Program-made: the position numbers and the translations under genes
The notes under the pieces: model-generated
What the model was told of the DNA's origin: nothing
Seen by the model: only the letters and a program-made list of their open reading frames with translations
The model's database searches: none
Part shown: positions 1-11,525 of the stretch, piece after piece
Layout: every line of letters begins with the position of its first letter
How positions within the stretch are numbered: position 1 is the stretch's first letter
Origin: Octopus vulgaris
Lineage: Eukaryota
Reading direction: 5' to 3'
Assembly (NCBI GenBank): GCA_951406725.2
Contig: OX597816.1
Span: forward strand, 37,076,001-37,140,000
DNA length: 64,000 bases

Positions 1-219
1 TATTTGCAACAGACTAATGCTTAATTAAAGGTAGATATTTAATCGATGTTAAAGGCCATCGCAGCAACTGGTCTTTGAATTTTGAGAATATATTAGTTTT
101 CAGATGAGAATGATACACCCGGAGATTTAGACAATAACTAATCCGATATCAAACGCCTTAAATGATTAATTCACAAAAAGAACAATAAACTAGATACTAT
201 TACAATCAATAATTATATA

Positions 220-540
220 TTGATTGCTTCTTGCTTACTCCTTGCTTGCTTCTTGCTTGCTTCATATTCTTTCTTACTTGATGGGGATGTGATCATCACA
301 GGCAAGTGGATTCAGAGGCATCATGATTTGGAGAGCCAACAGGATTCCACCGATACTCCTCATCGTTGGTGGTCCCGTGACAACCCTTCTGCATCCTCGA
401 AGATTAAGTCAAGCCTCTGAAGATCTTCCTTAATTACATCCAGCTCGCAGTTTTTGCGCTGAACAAGAGTAAGGCCCTGGTGGAATGATCTGGCGAGAGC
501 CAGAGGACATGTATGCACTAGTGCATGCGGCGGACAGCTA
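220..540 (-). mobile_element. 3' end of an RTE-like LINE (degenerate ORF C-terminus plus short-repeat tail)
   Basis: Minus strand reads ..HVLWLSPDHSTRALLLF..LDVIKEDLQRLDLIFEDAEGLSRDHQR.., resembling the RTE ORF2 C-terminus; followed by a (CAAG)-like tandem tail at ~222-280. Confidence 0.55.
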
Positions 541-1084
541 TCAAGAAGAAAGAAATTTTATTAATGATAGGAAATGTTATATCAAAACAATGGAAGAAAT
601 CATTGATAAATCTTGGCGATCTAGTAAATATATGAATTGAAACACTTGAACAATCAAATACGGGTATAACACCTCGGTTGAAAATATCATTGTCTACAAC
701 ATAATATACATGTGTGTATGTGTTTGTGTACTTATGTGTGTGCGTGTGTTTGTACAGATGAAGGGGGTAACTGTGTATTGCAATTAAATGCTGGTGTGTA
801 GACATTCATAGACACTAAAAATAAGGTTGGGACTATTATCAATTCCAGATATAAGCAGAAAATATTCATGTTACGGTAACGGTAGAGCTTAGGGAACATA
901 ATCAACCATATGTTGTATTATAATTACCTCAGGTTCTTAGGTTGTAAAAGTGTAACCTTGTAAACATCTGGAGTTAATTATAGTTACAATGGGAGTTATT
1001 CTGGTTAATGTGGGGATGATGGGATAGACATGTAGCATTTAATGTTTAGATGTATTTTAATCCACCTAGATATACAATTTTTTT

Positions 1085-1327
1085 GCGCCCTTTTAAAGCC
1101 TGTCCAGGCTCATGAGCTCGGTTTCCCGGTTTCTATGGCGTATGTGTTCCCCAGCTGGACGGGACACCAGTCCATCGAAGCGTTACTCATTTTTACCAGC
1201 TGAGTGGACTGGAGCAACGTGAAATGAAGTGTTTTGCTCAAGAACACAACGCGTCGCCGGTCCAGGAATTGAAACCAAATCTTACGATCATGATGCTGAC
1301 ACCCTAACCACTAAGCCACGCGCCTCC
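1085..1327 (-). mobile_element. tRNA-derived SINE, family C
   Basis: Head GGAGGCGCGTGGCTTAGTGGTTAG (A box) and GGTTTCAATTCC (B-box-like); two more copies at 52151-52329 and 52591-52845. Confidence 0.85.
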
Positions 1328-1899
1328 ACAGATATACAAGTACTGGTAGTTATATGAATCTAGACAACTGTAGTCTACAAGTCAAAAAATATTTAACCCA
1401 GACATTTTCACATTAACCCTTGTATTTCGGACTTGACTCGTAAGCTTGAAATTATTACTCAGACCTACCCATAAAGTAATAACACTTCACAAATACTATT
1501 TTAGTGTATGGTTTAGCTCTGTATTTGAGTATGAGAAAACATTAGCGTCTGTTTATCATTTGTTTACTTTTTAGCTAATCATTTCGTCCTTTACTTCTCT
1601 CGTGCAGACAATTACTTGTTAATTGCATATATATCTCAGATATATTCATATAAAGCACTATTGACATATCCGTAATTACTTCCCATCACCCATTCTTTAG
1701 TAAGACACCCACCCCCAGACTATTCATGCCTTAAATATTCTAATATTTATAATTATATTCTTTTGTTTTACTTGTCTTGTAAATTATTGATAGTACTAAC
1801 GGACCTGAACAACGCCATTATTTTCAAATATTAGCTGACCTATTAAGTTGTAGGATTTACTTTGGCCTCACCCCACAACACATAGGGGTACTGGAATCA

Positions 1900-3845
1900 G
1901 TTTCTGTTCACATCTTGGCGGTTCTTTACATTCGACCCTTCTTTATCTCCTTTTGTCGACCACAGTTTTCTTTTTGTCTCAATAAATTTGTCATTTCTTG
2001 CATTTATTTTTATTTTTTCCAAAATTACTGGTAGTTCACGCACGATTTTCCACATCCCTTTTTTTTCTTTTCAATTCATCGACCTCGTTCGATCGTTTGT
2101 CTGCTCCATTTACGCTATTGTACAATGCCCTTATGGGTGTATCCCATAAATTAAATTTCTCCATATATTCGGTGCCAAATGAATTCATGGATAATTTCAA
2201 CACATAAACGTTCACTTTTTGATTCAACTTTTGAACATTATATTACAAACGCGTTCGCCCGTGAAATATAATTTTCTTCCCATAACACCGTACGCTATTT
2301 TGTTTGAACTACATAATTTTGGTTTACCCATTTTTTCCCCATGTTTTCTCATTTATGATTGTGATATCACTTCCCGTATCTAAATACATTCTGACACTAG
2401 TATTTTCAATTCTCACTTTCACGAATTTTTTTGTTGTAGTCACAACTTTTCCTGCTGACAAACTATTTATTTTCTCTTGTTTGTTCCATTTTCTTATCAT
2501 TTTCGTTTTGCAGTGCGATTTTATATGTCATGTAAAACCGCAGTGAAAACACTATGCTTTTTAAAATGTTTATGCAAACAATCTTTTTTGAGGTACATTC
2601 CACCACATGCCATTCATGAGTCTACATCCCGATATTTTTTCTGCTTTTCCTGCAACACTATTTGTCTTCCGACATTTTTGCACTGGTCTTATATGGAAAC
2701 ACTCTTTCTGTTGAATTTCTTCCGTGTCATGCGTTAATTTTAATATCCTGTCACATCCTTCTAACAGTTTCTGCAATGTCTAATCCTGGTTCATTTCCAG
2801 TTTAGGTAGAATATTTGTTCGGATTTCTCCATCCCTTCTATCTGTCAATCCTTGTGCAAAAATCAAACATTTGAAACAATCTGAAGTAAGCATAACCAGC
2901 CAAAATCTCTCACATTATTTGTTGACTCTGCTTATGTAAGTAGTGAAGTTTTCATCTTCGCTCTTTTCTATGTTTAAGCATTTCCATCTAGTATTAAACA
3001 GTGAGCCCTTTTCACTACACATTTTGCATAAAATATCAGTGAAATTTATGTCGGACGCTTGTTTTGGCAATATGAAGTTACTATGCTTCTCATGCTCTGC
3101 TGCCCCTAGTTTTCTTAAAACTAGACTCGTTTTCATATAGTCCCTGCAATCCTGGCACTCTTTTTCAAAGATTTGTTGAAATCTTCGAAAGTAAGACTCG
3201 AAGGTTACTCGTTTTTCGGGGGCATATTTGAATTCGCTTATAGTCAGGTGAAAACGGTTTGGTTATCAACTTCATTAACATTAACATTAACATTTGCTGC
3301 CGCAATCCTTGTTCTTGTTCTCGTGTTCCTTTAGTTGTTGTCGTTGCTGTGTTTGCAACTCAACTATTTCAGCTAACGAGTCTTCCATATATCTACGATT
3401 TTCGTAGGTTTGCACATGATTTTTTGCATCTTTTTTGTTGAGATATTTAACCTTCCACGTGAATTAGTTTAAACTTTTCGAGTGAATTTTTTTTTAACTC
3501 CGCGTAAATTTGTTTTTTCTCGTCGCCATTGTTGTACCTGTCTTTTGGCGACTGTTGTCGCTCGGACAGATATTGATATGTTCCGAGGTCGTCGACAGAA
3601 TTGTTCTATCTGGAATTGTACGACCCCCAGTCGTACAGTGTCATTAGCCTCAATTGGTTGGATCGTTATAACGTCCAGTCAGTATCACAGTATAATTTCT
3701 ATATCAGCACAGACACCACTATCGACACAGTCTACACGTACTGTCAACTTTATAACCGTCACTGTCGACCGGCTACTGGTCTATTTATAATAGCTGGCTA
3801 CTACCACTTTTTACCGGGAAGGGAGTACAGTTTCACTATACAGCA
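1900..3845 (-). mobile_element. Ty3/Gypsy (Mag/K02A2.6-like) LTR retrotransposon remnant: 5' LTR, PBS, broken gag and aspartic protease
   Basis: LTR-like segment 3530-3845 with TGTTGTA..TACAGCA termini; PBS TGGCGACGAG at 3519-3528 (minus); gag motif LRKLGAAEHEKHSNFILPK (ORF 2915-3136); protease KFVKVRIENTSVRMYLDTGSDITII with DTG at 2372-2380. Stops and frameshifts; no RT seen. Confidence 0.85.
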
Positions 3846-3849
3846 CTAT

Positions 3850-4910
3850 ATTGCTTTGCATTCGCGCTGGAAGCTCCAATACGAACATTTCAGAGTGTTT
3901 GGGCGTCAATCTGAGGACAGTGCAGAGGATTCGGTAAGAGTTGGATGAGTCTAATGGTGATTACGACGGGCAGCACGGAAAACTCACTCCGTTCTGATAA
4001 GAAAAGAACTCCTGAATTTGTTGTTGAGATCCAGGCCATGATTGACAATGATCCCTCCAAGTCAAACGAGTCTGTTGGTCTATTGCCAGTGTCTGAGTTT
4101 CTTATCAGGCTGGTAGTGCATGATGACATTCGGTATTCCTTATACAAGATGACAAAAGGCCAACTTTTTATCCCAAGATATCAAGGATAAGTGGAAAGAT
4201 CGCGCTACGAAGCTTTTGAACAAACTACAGCATCGCCTCCAGCCGAACATGCCTTGGTGTTTCTTAGAACAAAAGTTAGCTTCCCGTGTACCCAAAACAT
4301 GTACCGAGAGTGATAAAAATCAAACATCCAGTCAACATCATGGTGTTTGGAGTGATCACTAGTGATAGTGACGTTATGCTTCCATTCATCTTCCCACATG
4401 GCCTCACATTCAATAAGAAGGCTTACATCAAGTGCCTGGAGGAGGTGGTTCTACCCTGAGTTAAGAGGCTGACTACTGGAAGACCATATGTCTGACAACA
4501 GGACTCTGCAGCATGCCACACAAGCAGGAGTCATAGCTAGCTCTCAGACAATTTCTGCGACCACTTCACCCCTAACATCTAGCCACCTACTCACCAGACT
4601 GCAACCCCTTTAATTATTATGTGCGGGGTGCAGTTGAGCGAGCCGCCAACAAAACTCCTTGTAACACCAAACATGAACTGAAGGCAGTATTCACCAATAT
4701 AACAAGGAGACCGTCAATAAGAGTTGCAAGAGATTCTGAAGTCGTCTGGAGGCCGTGGTTGAAGCCAATGGCGAATTTATTGAATAAATTCTCTCTTTAG
4801 CATTTTAAAATATGTTTATTTAATTTTGGTAAATACATCTGTTAAAATGAAATGTCAGTGTTATTTTCATTTTTGCGTAATTTAGGCGAAAATGTATTCA
4901 CCGCACCCTG
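3850..4910 (+). mobile_element. Degenerate maT/DD37D-like Tc1/mariner transposon, 5'-truncated
   Basis: Remnants QQDSAACHT (~4496) and SPDCNP-x-x-YYV (~4590); right end ..ATTCACCGCACCCTG followed by TA at 4911-4912. Confidence 0.75.
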
Positions 4911-4994
4911 TATGTGTGTGTTTGTATGTGTCTGTGTGTGTGTCCGTCTGTCTGTGTGTGTGTGTGCATTATATATGTGTATATATATATATAA

Positions 4995-5131
4995 AGGTGT
5001 CGCGAAAGACCTGGTTGAAGGTCCTACCTTACAAGTTCGTTTACAGGGCTTAGAAAGACTGAAGGACTGCGCAATGAGTGTGTGAATCTGAAAGGGGAAT
5101 ATGTTGAATAAAATCATAATTAACTGATCCT
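4995..5131 (+). mobile_element. Mariner-derived short element (3' part); an inverted copy lies at 6124-6700
   Basis: ..GAGTGTGTGAATCTGAAAGGGGAATATGTTGAATAA resembles a mariner C-terminus (CV..GEYVE*); its reverse complement matches 6175-6202 plus 6591-6700. Confidence 0.7.
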
Positions 5132-5161
5132 AGCAAGTGGTATTATAAAACCTACATAATC

Positions 5162-5220
<59 letters not shown>

Positions 5221-5224
<4 letters not shown>

Positions 5225-5566
5225 CATACGTATCTCATTTATTTCTTTTGCCACAAGTATCACTGACGAAGAGAGGGCTCTTAGTAGCTAACTCTGAAAT
5301 CGGTCCGATATGGTAATAATGGAATTTTTTAGAAATTTCTGTCGACCTTTTTTCGAGTAGCGTGCGTATTGTGAAAAAATTATATGGTTAATGGACAATA
5401 TGTCCAATTTTTGGGCATATTTGGCATTAGAATTTTTTCCTTTGCCCTCATTTATGAATTGTTTATAAATTTAACCGTTAAAGGTATTTTTTAATATGCT
5501 GGCCATTGATAACATTTTTTTCGAGTAAATGTTTTTTTTCGAAAATAATTTTATCCTCACATTTGA
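5221..5566 (+). mobile_element. Non-coding hammerhead-bearing unit bounded by (TA)n (candidate retrozyme monomer or solo PLE terminal repeat)
   Basis: Flanked by (TA)n at ~5166-5221 and ~5566-5585; contains the hammerhead; 3' half is homologous to 37700-37835 (minus). Confidence 0.6.
5258..5315 (+). ncRNA. Minimal type I hammerhead ribozyme (PLE/retrozyme type)
   Basis: Stem I TATCA/TGGTA; core CTGACGA (5263-5269); stem II AGAG/CTCT extended by GGCT/AGCT; GAAA (5296-5299); palindromic stem III ATCGG-T-CCGAT; predicted cleavage after AUA at 5310. Confidence 0.8.
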
Positions 5567-6123
5567 TATATATATATATATATATTATTTCATGTCGAGG
5601 CAATATTACTTCTGTATAAAATGGAATTAATCAACTAAACATTTTTCAGAATTGTTGTCTGTATTCTCTAATCTTATTAATTTTGTAGATGCATTACATA
5701 GAACTGTCTAGCCACTCAATAAAGCATGTTTTATTCATAGTCATATATTCGATTATAGGATGACACTATAATCAACAGCTGCTCTTATAAATGGAAGGAA
5801 CATGACGTTCATTAGGTTGTTTACATTGTTTTGATTACATTAGAAACCTTAGGTATCAAAATTCTCATTAATAATTTTGAATTCACAATTCTATGCAATT
5901 TAAGCAGCTAATATTCATTGCAGACAGCAACGTTGTCCATGGGCTGGAAAAATAACGAATATAATAACATTAACGATTAACGTCATTGATTAGTATTATT
6001 AATCTAGATATGTCAAAAACCGCAGAACGCCTTTCGAAATTTCATCGGATCCTTTGACCTTACTGGTTCATATCGTGCTAGACTAGCAGCCATCTAGGCA
6101 GAAATTTAAAAAATACATGATAT

Positions 6124-6700
6124 ACGAGGGTGTGTTGATGATTGCTTGGCTTTCGGTAAAAGAAAATACAGGAGGATCAGTTAATTAGGATTTTATTCAA
6201 CACTAGCAGTATCGCCCGGCGTTGCTCGGGTTTGTAAGGGAAATAACTATATAAGCATTTTTAGAGAGTTATAGCCAAAAAATAGCAAAAAAATGCATTG
6301 AAAATGGAAAAAAAAATTATGGTAATTTTTTTTTTTAATCGTTGACTCATCGGAGACATTTTTAGAGAGTTACTTGCCTTATATGATAGCAAAAAAATGA
6401 ATTAAAATGGAAAAAAATGATGGTAAATTTTATTTAAAATCGTAGACGCGCGCTAATACCCAGAAGGGCTCGATATGAATCACGACTATAAGATACCCGC
6501 TTTTGGTTAAACTGCACTGCAAAATGTGGGAGTAGTTAGGAATCTAAATCGTAGGAGACAGACACACAACCTTACTTTTATATATAAAGATATTCCCCCT
6601 CTCAGATTCACACACTCATTGCAGCAGTCCTTCAGTTTTTCTAAGCCTTGTCAAAGAACTCGGAAGGTCGGGCCCCCAGCCAGGCGTTTCGCGGCACCCT
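6124..6700 (-). mobile_element. Mariner-derived short element interrupted by a Helitron
   Basis: TA-CGAGGGTGTGTTGA TIR-like end at ~6123; body is the reverse complement of 4995-5131, split at 6202/6591. Confidence 0.7.
6203..6590 (-). mobile_element. Non-autonomous Helitron (388 bp)
   Basis: Minus strand starts TCTTTATATATA and ends with hairpin CCCGAGCAACGCCGGG then ..CTAG; inserted between A and T with no TSD; empty site visible at 5094-5108. Confidence 0.92.
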
Positions 6701-7325
6701 TAAAGCTAAGAATTTTCAACATCGCCTCTTATGTCTTTCAATTCAGGCAGCAGTATTAAAAGTTCTTAAAGCTTCCGGAACTTTCAGCACACCGGGCAAA
6801 GTGTTTGGCGTTATTTCACGTTCTGAGTTCAAATTCTGCTGAAGCCATCTTTTAATTTTTTTTTTTTTTCGGGGTCGATAAAATAAATACAAGCTGAATC
6901 GACTTAACCCCAACCCCGAAATTGCTGGAGTTGTGCCAAAATTTGAAGTCAATATTCTTTTGTATTCTAGGCACAAGGCCCGAAATTTTGGGGGAGGAGG
7001 CCAGTCGATTAGATCGACCCCAGTACGCAACTGGTGCTTAATTTATCAACCCATGAAAGGCAAAATCGACTTCAATTTGAAGTCAATATTAAAAATTCTA
7101 AACGCGGCGGAACGGCAGAATCGTTAGCACGCCGACAAAATGCTTAGCAGAAAGTTCTAAATGACTAGATTTTTCTATCCGCTGGGATTTCTAAAATAAA
7201 TTACCACAAAATAATGAGACGGTAAATGATTCGCTTTAATTATAAGAGTATCAAGAGTAAATAGAATCTCGCCAATGGTAACAATGTACCGACAAAAGCT
7301 CAGTTGCTAAGATTTTTAATAGTAT

Positions 7326-7680
7326 CGTAGGAGTGGCTGTGTGGTAAGTAGCTTGCTTGCCAACCACGTGGTTCCGGGTTCAGTCCCACTGCCTGGCACC
7401 TTGGGCAAGTGTCTTCTACTATATCCTAGGGTCGACTAAAGCCTTGTGAGTGGATTTGTTAGGCGGAAACTGAAAGAAGCCCGTCGTATATATGTACTTG
7501 TGTGTATACGTGTGTGTGTGTGTTTGCCCCCCCCCCCCCCCCACGCCAACATGGTGGTTCGGCAACACAGACTGATAGAAGTGCCAAGCATTAATAATAA
7601 GTACCGGGGTCGATTCTTCCTTTTAAAATACCGTACCCCAACATGACCGCCGTTCAATGACGGAAAGAAGTAAAACACAA
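7326..7680 (+). mobile_element. tRNA-derived SINE, family A (CORE-like, internal microsatellite)
   Basis: TGGCTGTGTGGTAAG A box, GGTTCAGTCCC B box, CCTTGGGCAAGTGTCTT core; other copies at 10173, 23769 and 38066. Confidence 0.85.
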
Positions 7681-8171
7681 ATGCCAGACAAGTGCTCGGG
7701 TACGCATGAGTGTGTGCTCGCAAGTCTTTGCGCGCGCGCGTCTTTGTGTGTTCGTGTGGAGTGTGGAAGTATCTAAAAATATCCATTCACGCCTAAAGGA
7801 ATACTCTCAATTAATGGCTGCACATTCAAATATGCATTAAAATTCGATACCATTAATTTAAGAAGCCTCTTACATGTTCTCAGGAGCGTATCAGTTTGCA
7901 GATTGGTTACAGATTTTAAGTTACTTTTGCTAACTATATGTGACATTGGTTACAAATATAGTCAAAAATAATTACAGTATTCATAGACCTAAGGATTTAC
8001 GGTAATCATACACCTGAGAAATTTAACTAGGAATGGTTTCTTACTTGAAATCATTTAAACAAATTACAAACGGTATCAGAAACTTAAATGTACTTTAATA
8101 GTATCTTTATATATTTTTTAAACTTTCACATAAGACAACATAGTTGGCGAAGTGGTATCTTTTATCTTTAA

Positions 8172-8620
8172 GGCGGCTAGCTGGCAGAAACATTAGCACA
8201 CCGGGCTAAATGCTTAGCAGTATTTCGTCTGCCGCTACGTTCTGATTTCAAATTCCGCAGAGGTCAACTTTGCCTTTCATCCTTTCGGGGTCGATTAAAC
8301 AAGTACCAGTTACGCACTGTGGTCGATATAGTCGACTTAGTCCGTTTGTCTGTCCTTGTTTGTTCCCTTTGTGTTTTGCCACTTTTGGGCAGTAAAGAAA
8401 TAAGAAACGTTAGCACACCGGGCGAAATGCTTAGCGGTATTTCGTCTGCCGCTACGTTCTGAGTTCAAATTCCGCCGAGGTCAACTTTGCCTTTCATCCT
8501 TTCGGGGTCGATTAAATAAGTACCAGTTACGCACTTGGGTCGATATAATCGACTTAATTCGTTTGTCTGTCCTTGTTTGTCCCTTTTATGTGTAGTCTCT
8601 TCTGGGCAGTAAAGAAATAG
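8172..8620 (+). mobile_element. SINE family B, tandem dimer
   Basis: GGCGGC-AGCTGGCAGAAAC head, GTTCAAATTCC B box, GCCTTTCATCCTTTCGGGGTCGA central block; second unit starts ~8403. Confidence 0.85.
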
Positions 8621-8983
8621 CTATCTTTTATCTTGTACTTGTTATAGTCATTAGACTGCGGTCATGCTGTGGCGCCGTCTTGAAGAATGTTTATTCGAAT
8701 GCATCAACCCCAGGGCCTCTTTTTCAGAACCACTATTGACGTAATGGGGACCCAAACACACCAATACCGGTTTTCAAGCGGTGGTTGTAGATAAAAACAA
8801 ACACAAAATACACACACGCACAGACGCATGTGTGTGTGCATCGTCTTTCTTTGGCGATTGCTCAACATTTATTTGTTGTTTACCGAGTTCCCTGTAAAAT
8901 TTCTTTCCATCTTCTTTAAGTAATTTGTTTTGTCTAAATTGTTTGCTTCTCTTTATATATATATATTGTTCGAATGTTTTGCT

Positions 8984-9069
8984 TATTATTATTTATTTTA
9001 TTATTATTATTAATTATTATTATTACTATTATTATTATTGTTGTTGCTGCTGTTGTGGTGGTTGTTATC

Positions 9070-9124
<55 letters not shown>

Positions 9125-9175
9125 ATTATTACTATTATTATTATTGTTCTTGCTGCTGTTGTGGTGGTTGTTATC

Positions 9176-9253
<78 letters not shown>

Positions 9254-9318
9254 CATTATTACTATTATTATTGTTGTTGCTGCTGTGGTGGTTGTTATCA
9301 TTATCATTATTATTATTA

Positions 9319-9374
<56 letters not shown>
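8984..9374. repeat. Compound (ATT)n microsatellite with three higher-order units
   Basis: Interruption block ..GTTGTTGCTGCTGTTGTGGTGGTTGTTATCCTC.. recurs at ~9038, ~9145 and ~9272. Confidence 0.95.
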
Positions 9375-9375
9375 G

Positions 9376-9640
9376 AATCTAAATAAAACCACGGAAATTA
9401 AACCTCCGACCTGGACGCCGATAAGACAACGAATAAGGAAACCAGTTAATTTCTCTGTGAGTTGTTAACTGATGATTAGGAAACATATTTTTCTGGTTGT
9501 TTTGATCAATGATCCAGGCGGCCAAAATATTGGGTGAAGTTGATAACGAATCTCATTTGCTCTGGACAAGTTTAATCAATTAGTTTTATATCATGTTACT
9601 CATAAATGAGACTCCAGAAGCAGACAGCTATATCTAATCG
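9376..9640. repeat. Diverged direct duplication, copy 1 (copy 2 at 12497-12785)
   Basis: Shared blocks TAAATAAAACCACGGAA-TTAAACCTCCG and GCGGCCAAAATATTGGGTGAAGT. Confidence 0.9.
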
Positions 9641-9758
9641 GACACACTAAAATTGGATTCAGAAAGCAATTACCCGGTTTGTAAAAAAAAATACAATCAC
9701 ACTCTCGATGCTCAAACTGTCGGTTCCCTGATATATGTACATGAAACCATCTAGTCAA

Positions 9759-9904
9759 TAGGGCCGGCCCGAGGGTTGCTGGCGCCCCAGGCAAGTTGGA
9801 CTTCGGCGTATACAAGCTGACGGTCGTGGAAATGTCCTTGGTAGCCCCTAGCACATGGCGCCTCGTGCGATTGCCTGAGTTGCTGGTATCTTGAGCCGGC
9901 CCTG
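9759..9904. mobile_element. hAT-type MITE (146 bp)
   Basis: TIR (T)AGGGCCGGC..GCCGGCCCTG; 8-bp TSD CTAGTCAA (9751-9758) / CTAGTTAA (9905-9912). Confidence 0.85.
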
Positions 9905-9958
9905 CTAGTTAACATGTATGTTAAATATCGATACGGCATAACCCAACTTTATTTCAAA

Positions 9959-9990
9959 CTAGCAGTAATACCTGTCGTTGATCGGGTAAT
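9959..9990 (-). mobile_element. Degenerate Helitron 3' terminus
   Basis: CTAGCAGTAATACCTGTCGTTGATCGGG resembles the 6203 terminus CTAGCAGTATCGCCCGGCGTTGCTCGGG. Confidence 0.55.
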
Positions 9991-10172
9991 TACTTTTACT
10001 CTTTCTCGGGAGCCACATTCAAAGAGGTATTATATAGAGATTTACACCTCCTGTATGTGGGTATTTTATAAGAAAAAAATGTAATAATTGAAGTAGAAAA
10101 AAGATCAATTTCATACACGAACTTTTGTTTGTTTATTATATAAATAATAATAAGTGGTTATATATGTTAGAA

Positions 10173-10337
10173 GGCGTAGGAGTGGCTGTGTGGTAAGTAG
10201 CTTGCTTACCAACCACATGGTTCCGGGTTCACTCCCACTGCGTGGTACCTTGGGGAAGTGTCTTCTACTATAGCCTCGGGCCGACGAAAGCCTTGTGAGT
10301 GGATTTGGTAGACGGAAACTGAAGGAATCCTGTCGTA

Positions 10338-10428
<91 letters not shown>

Positions 10429-10644
10429 CGTGTGTGTGTTTGTGTGCCTGTGTTTGTCCCCCAACATCGCTTGACAACCGATGCTGGTGTGTTTACGTCC
10501 CCGTAACTTAGCGTTTCGACAAAAGAACCGATAGAATAAGTACTAGGCTTACAAAGAATAAGTCCTGGGGTCGATTTGTTCGACTAAAGGCGGTGCTCAA
10601 GCATGACCACAGGCAAATGAATGCAACAAGTAAAAGAGTAAAGA
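10173..10644 (+). mobile_element. SINE family A, full length with internal (TA)n(TG)n
   Basis: Same head and core as the 7326 copy; 3' part ends GTAAAAGAGTAAAGA. Confidence 0.9.
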
Positions 10645-10689
10645 TTATGTTATTTTATATATCAATACAGTAATGGTAATTATATAATA

Positions 10690-10809
10690 CACAAGGCTTT
10701 GGTCGGCATGGAACTGTAATGAAAGAAAATTGCTCAACGTGTCGCGCAGTGGGACTGAACACAAGGTGACATGATTGGAAAGCAAGCTTCTCAACCACAC
10801 AGCCACGCC
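10690..10809 (-). mobile_element. SINE family A, diverged head
   Basis: Reverse complement of the head region (..GCAGTGGGACTGAAC..AACCACACAGCCACGCC). Confidence 0.75.
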
Positions 10810-10927
10810 GATAAAGGAGAGAGAGATACATTTTGGATAATATACTCCTTGATAAATATACTTAACAAAAAAATGAGATTTTTAATATTTACTCGAGCAA
10901 CGCAACAACTAACAACGCTACACCATA

Positions 10928-11410
10928 CAGATGTTCCAGAATTAACTATCTGCTCCAAGGAAATTCAGCAATTTTTTTTAAAAAGCTGTCAGAATTTTAT
11001 GTTTATTTCCAAAACAAATAGATTTATAAATCTTACGTCAAACATTTATTGAAAGTGTTCAACATGCCTGTATCCCTGCATACTACAAATCTCTCCTTAG
11101 CGTTTTGAAACACATTTTGAAGCATTTCAGGAGTTAGCTCCTGCACTGCTAACTGAATTAGCTTTTTAAGCACAGCTAAACCATTATTCCATCGTGGGGA
11201 TGGAGATAAAGAAACTGACTGCTGTCAAATTGAAAAAAAGCTGGTATGAACAAAGAAGAGGGGTCCAACAGGAATGAAAATAAAATTATAATCAAAATTC
11301 AAAATTTTTACACTTGTAACACATATTAAACATGATAAACATAAATAAAAGTGAGTTTTAAAAAATGCATCCGATTTTACACAAGTCATCATTAATTCTG
11401 GGACACCTAG
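10928..11410 (-). mobile_element. Internally deleted Tc1/mariner-superfamily element
   Basis: TIRs CAGATGTTCCAGAATTAA / TTAATTCTGGGACACCTAG, each flanked by TA; minus-strand transposase C-terminus LKKLIQLAVQELTPEMLQNVFQNAKERF..GHVEHFQ*. Confidence 0.75.
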
Positions 11411-11411
11411 T

Positions 11412-11525
11412 ATTTACTCGTCCGAGTAAATGGGGGAGGGAACACAGAGGCGGGAATAGTCCGAGGTAGCAAGCGTAGCTTCCGGAAGTGGTCACGCGGG
11501 GAAACGCAAATGGCTGTGAGTCACA
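11412..11525 (+). promoter_or_regulatory. Candidate promoter or first-exon motif cluster
   Basis: GGCGGG (11449), CTTCCGGAAGT ETS-like (11479), CAAATGGC YY1-like overlapping ATG at 11510, GTGAGT donor / TGAGTCA at 11516. Motif evidence only. Confidence 0.3.

Noticed and set aside
7326-7400. SINE heads (also at 1255, 8172, 10173, 52591) as tRNA genes
   Set aside because: A/B boxes are present but run into SINE bodies, with no complete acceptor stem.
8925-9468. Poly-Y/I/L/N ORFs, and the many YI/CV/HT-repeat ORFs elsewhere (e.g. 12085-12418, 31003-31602, 52245-53993)
   Set aside because: Translations of (ATT)n, (TA)n and (CA)n microsatellites, not genes.
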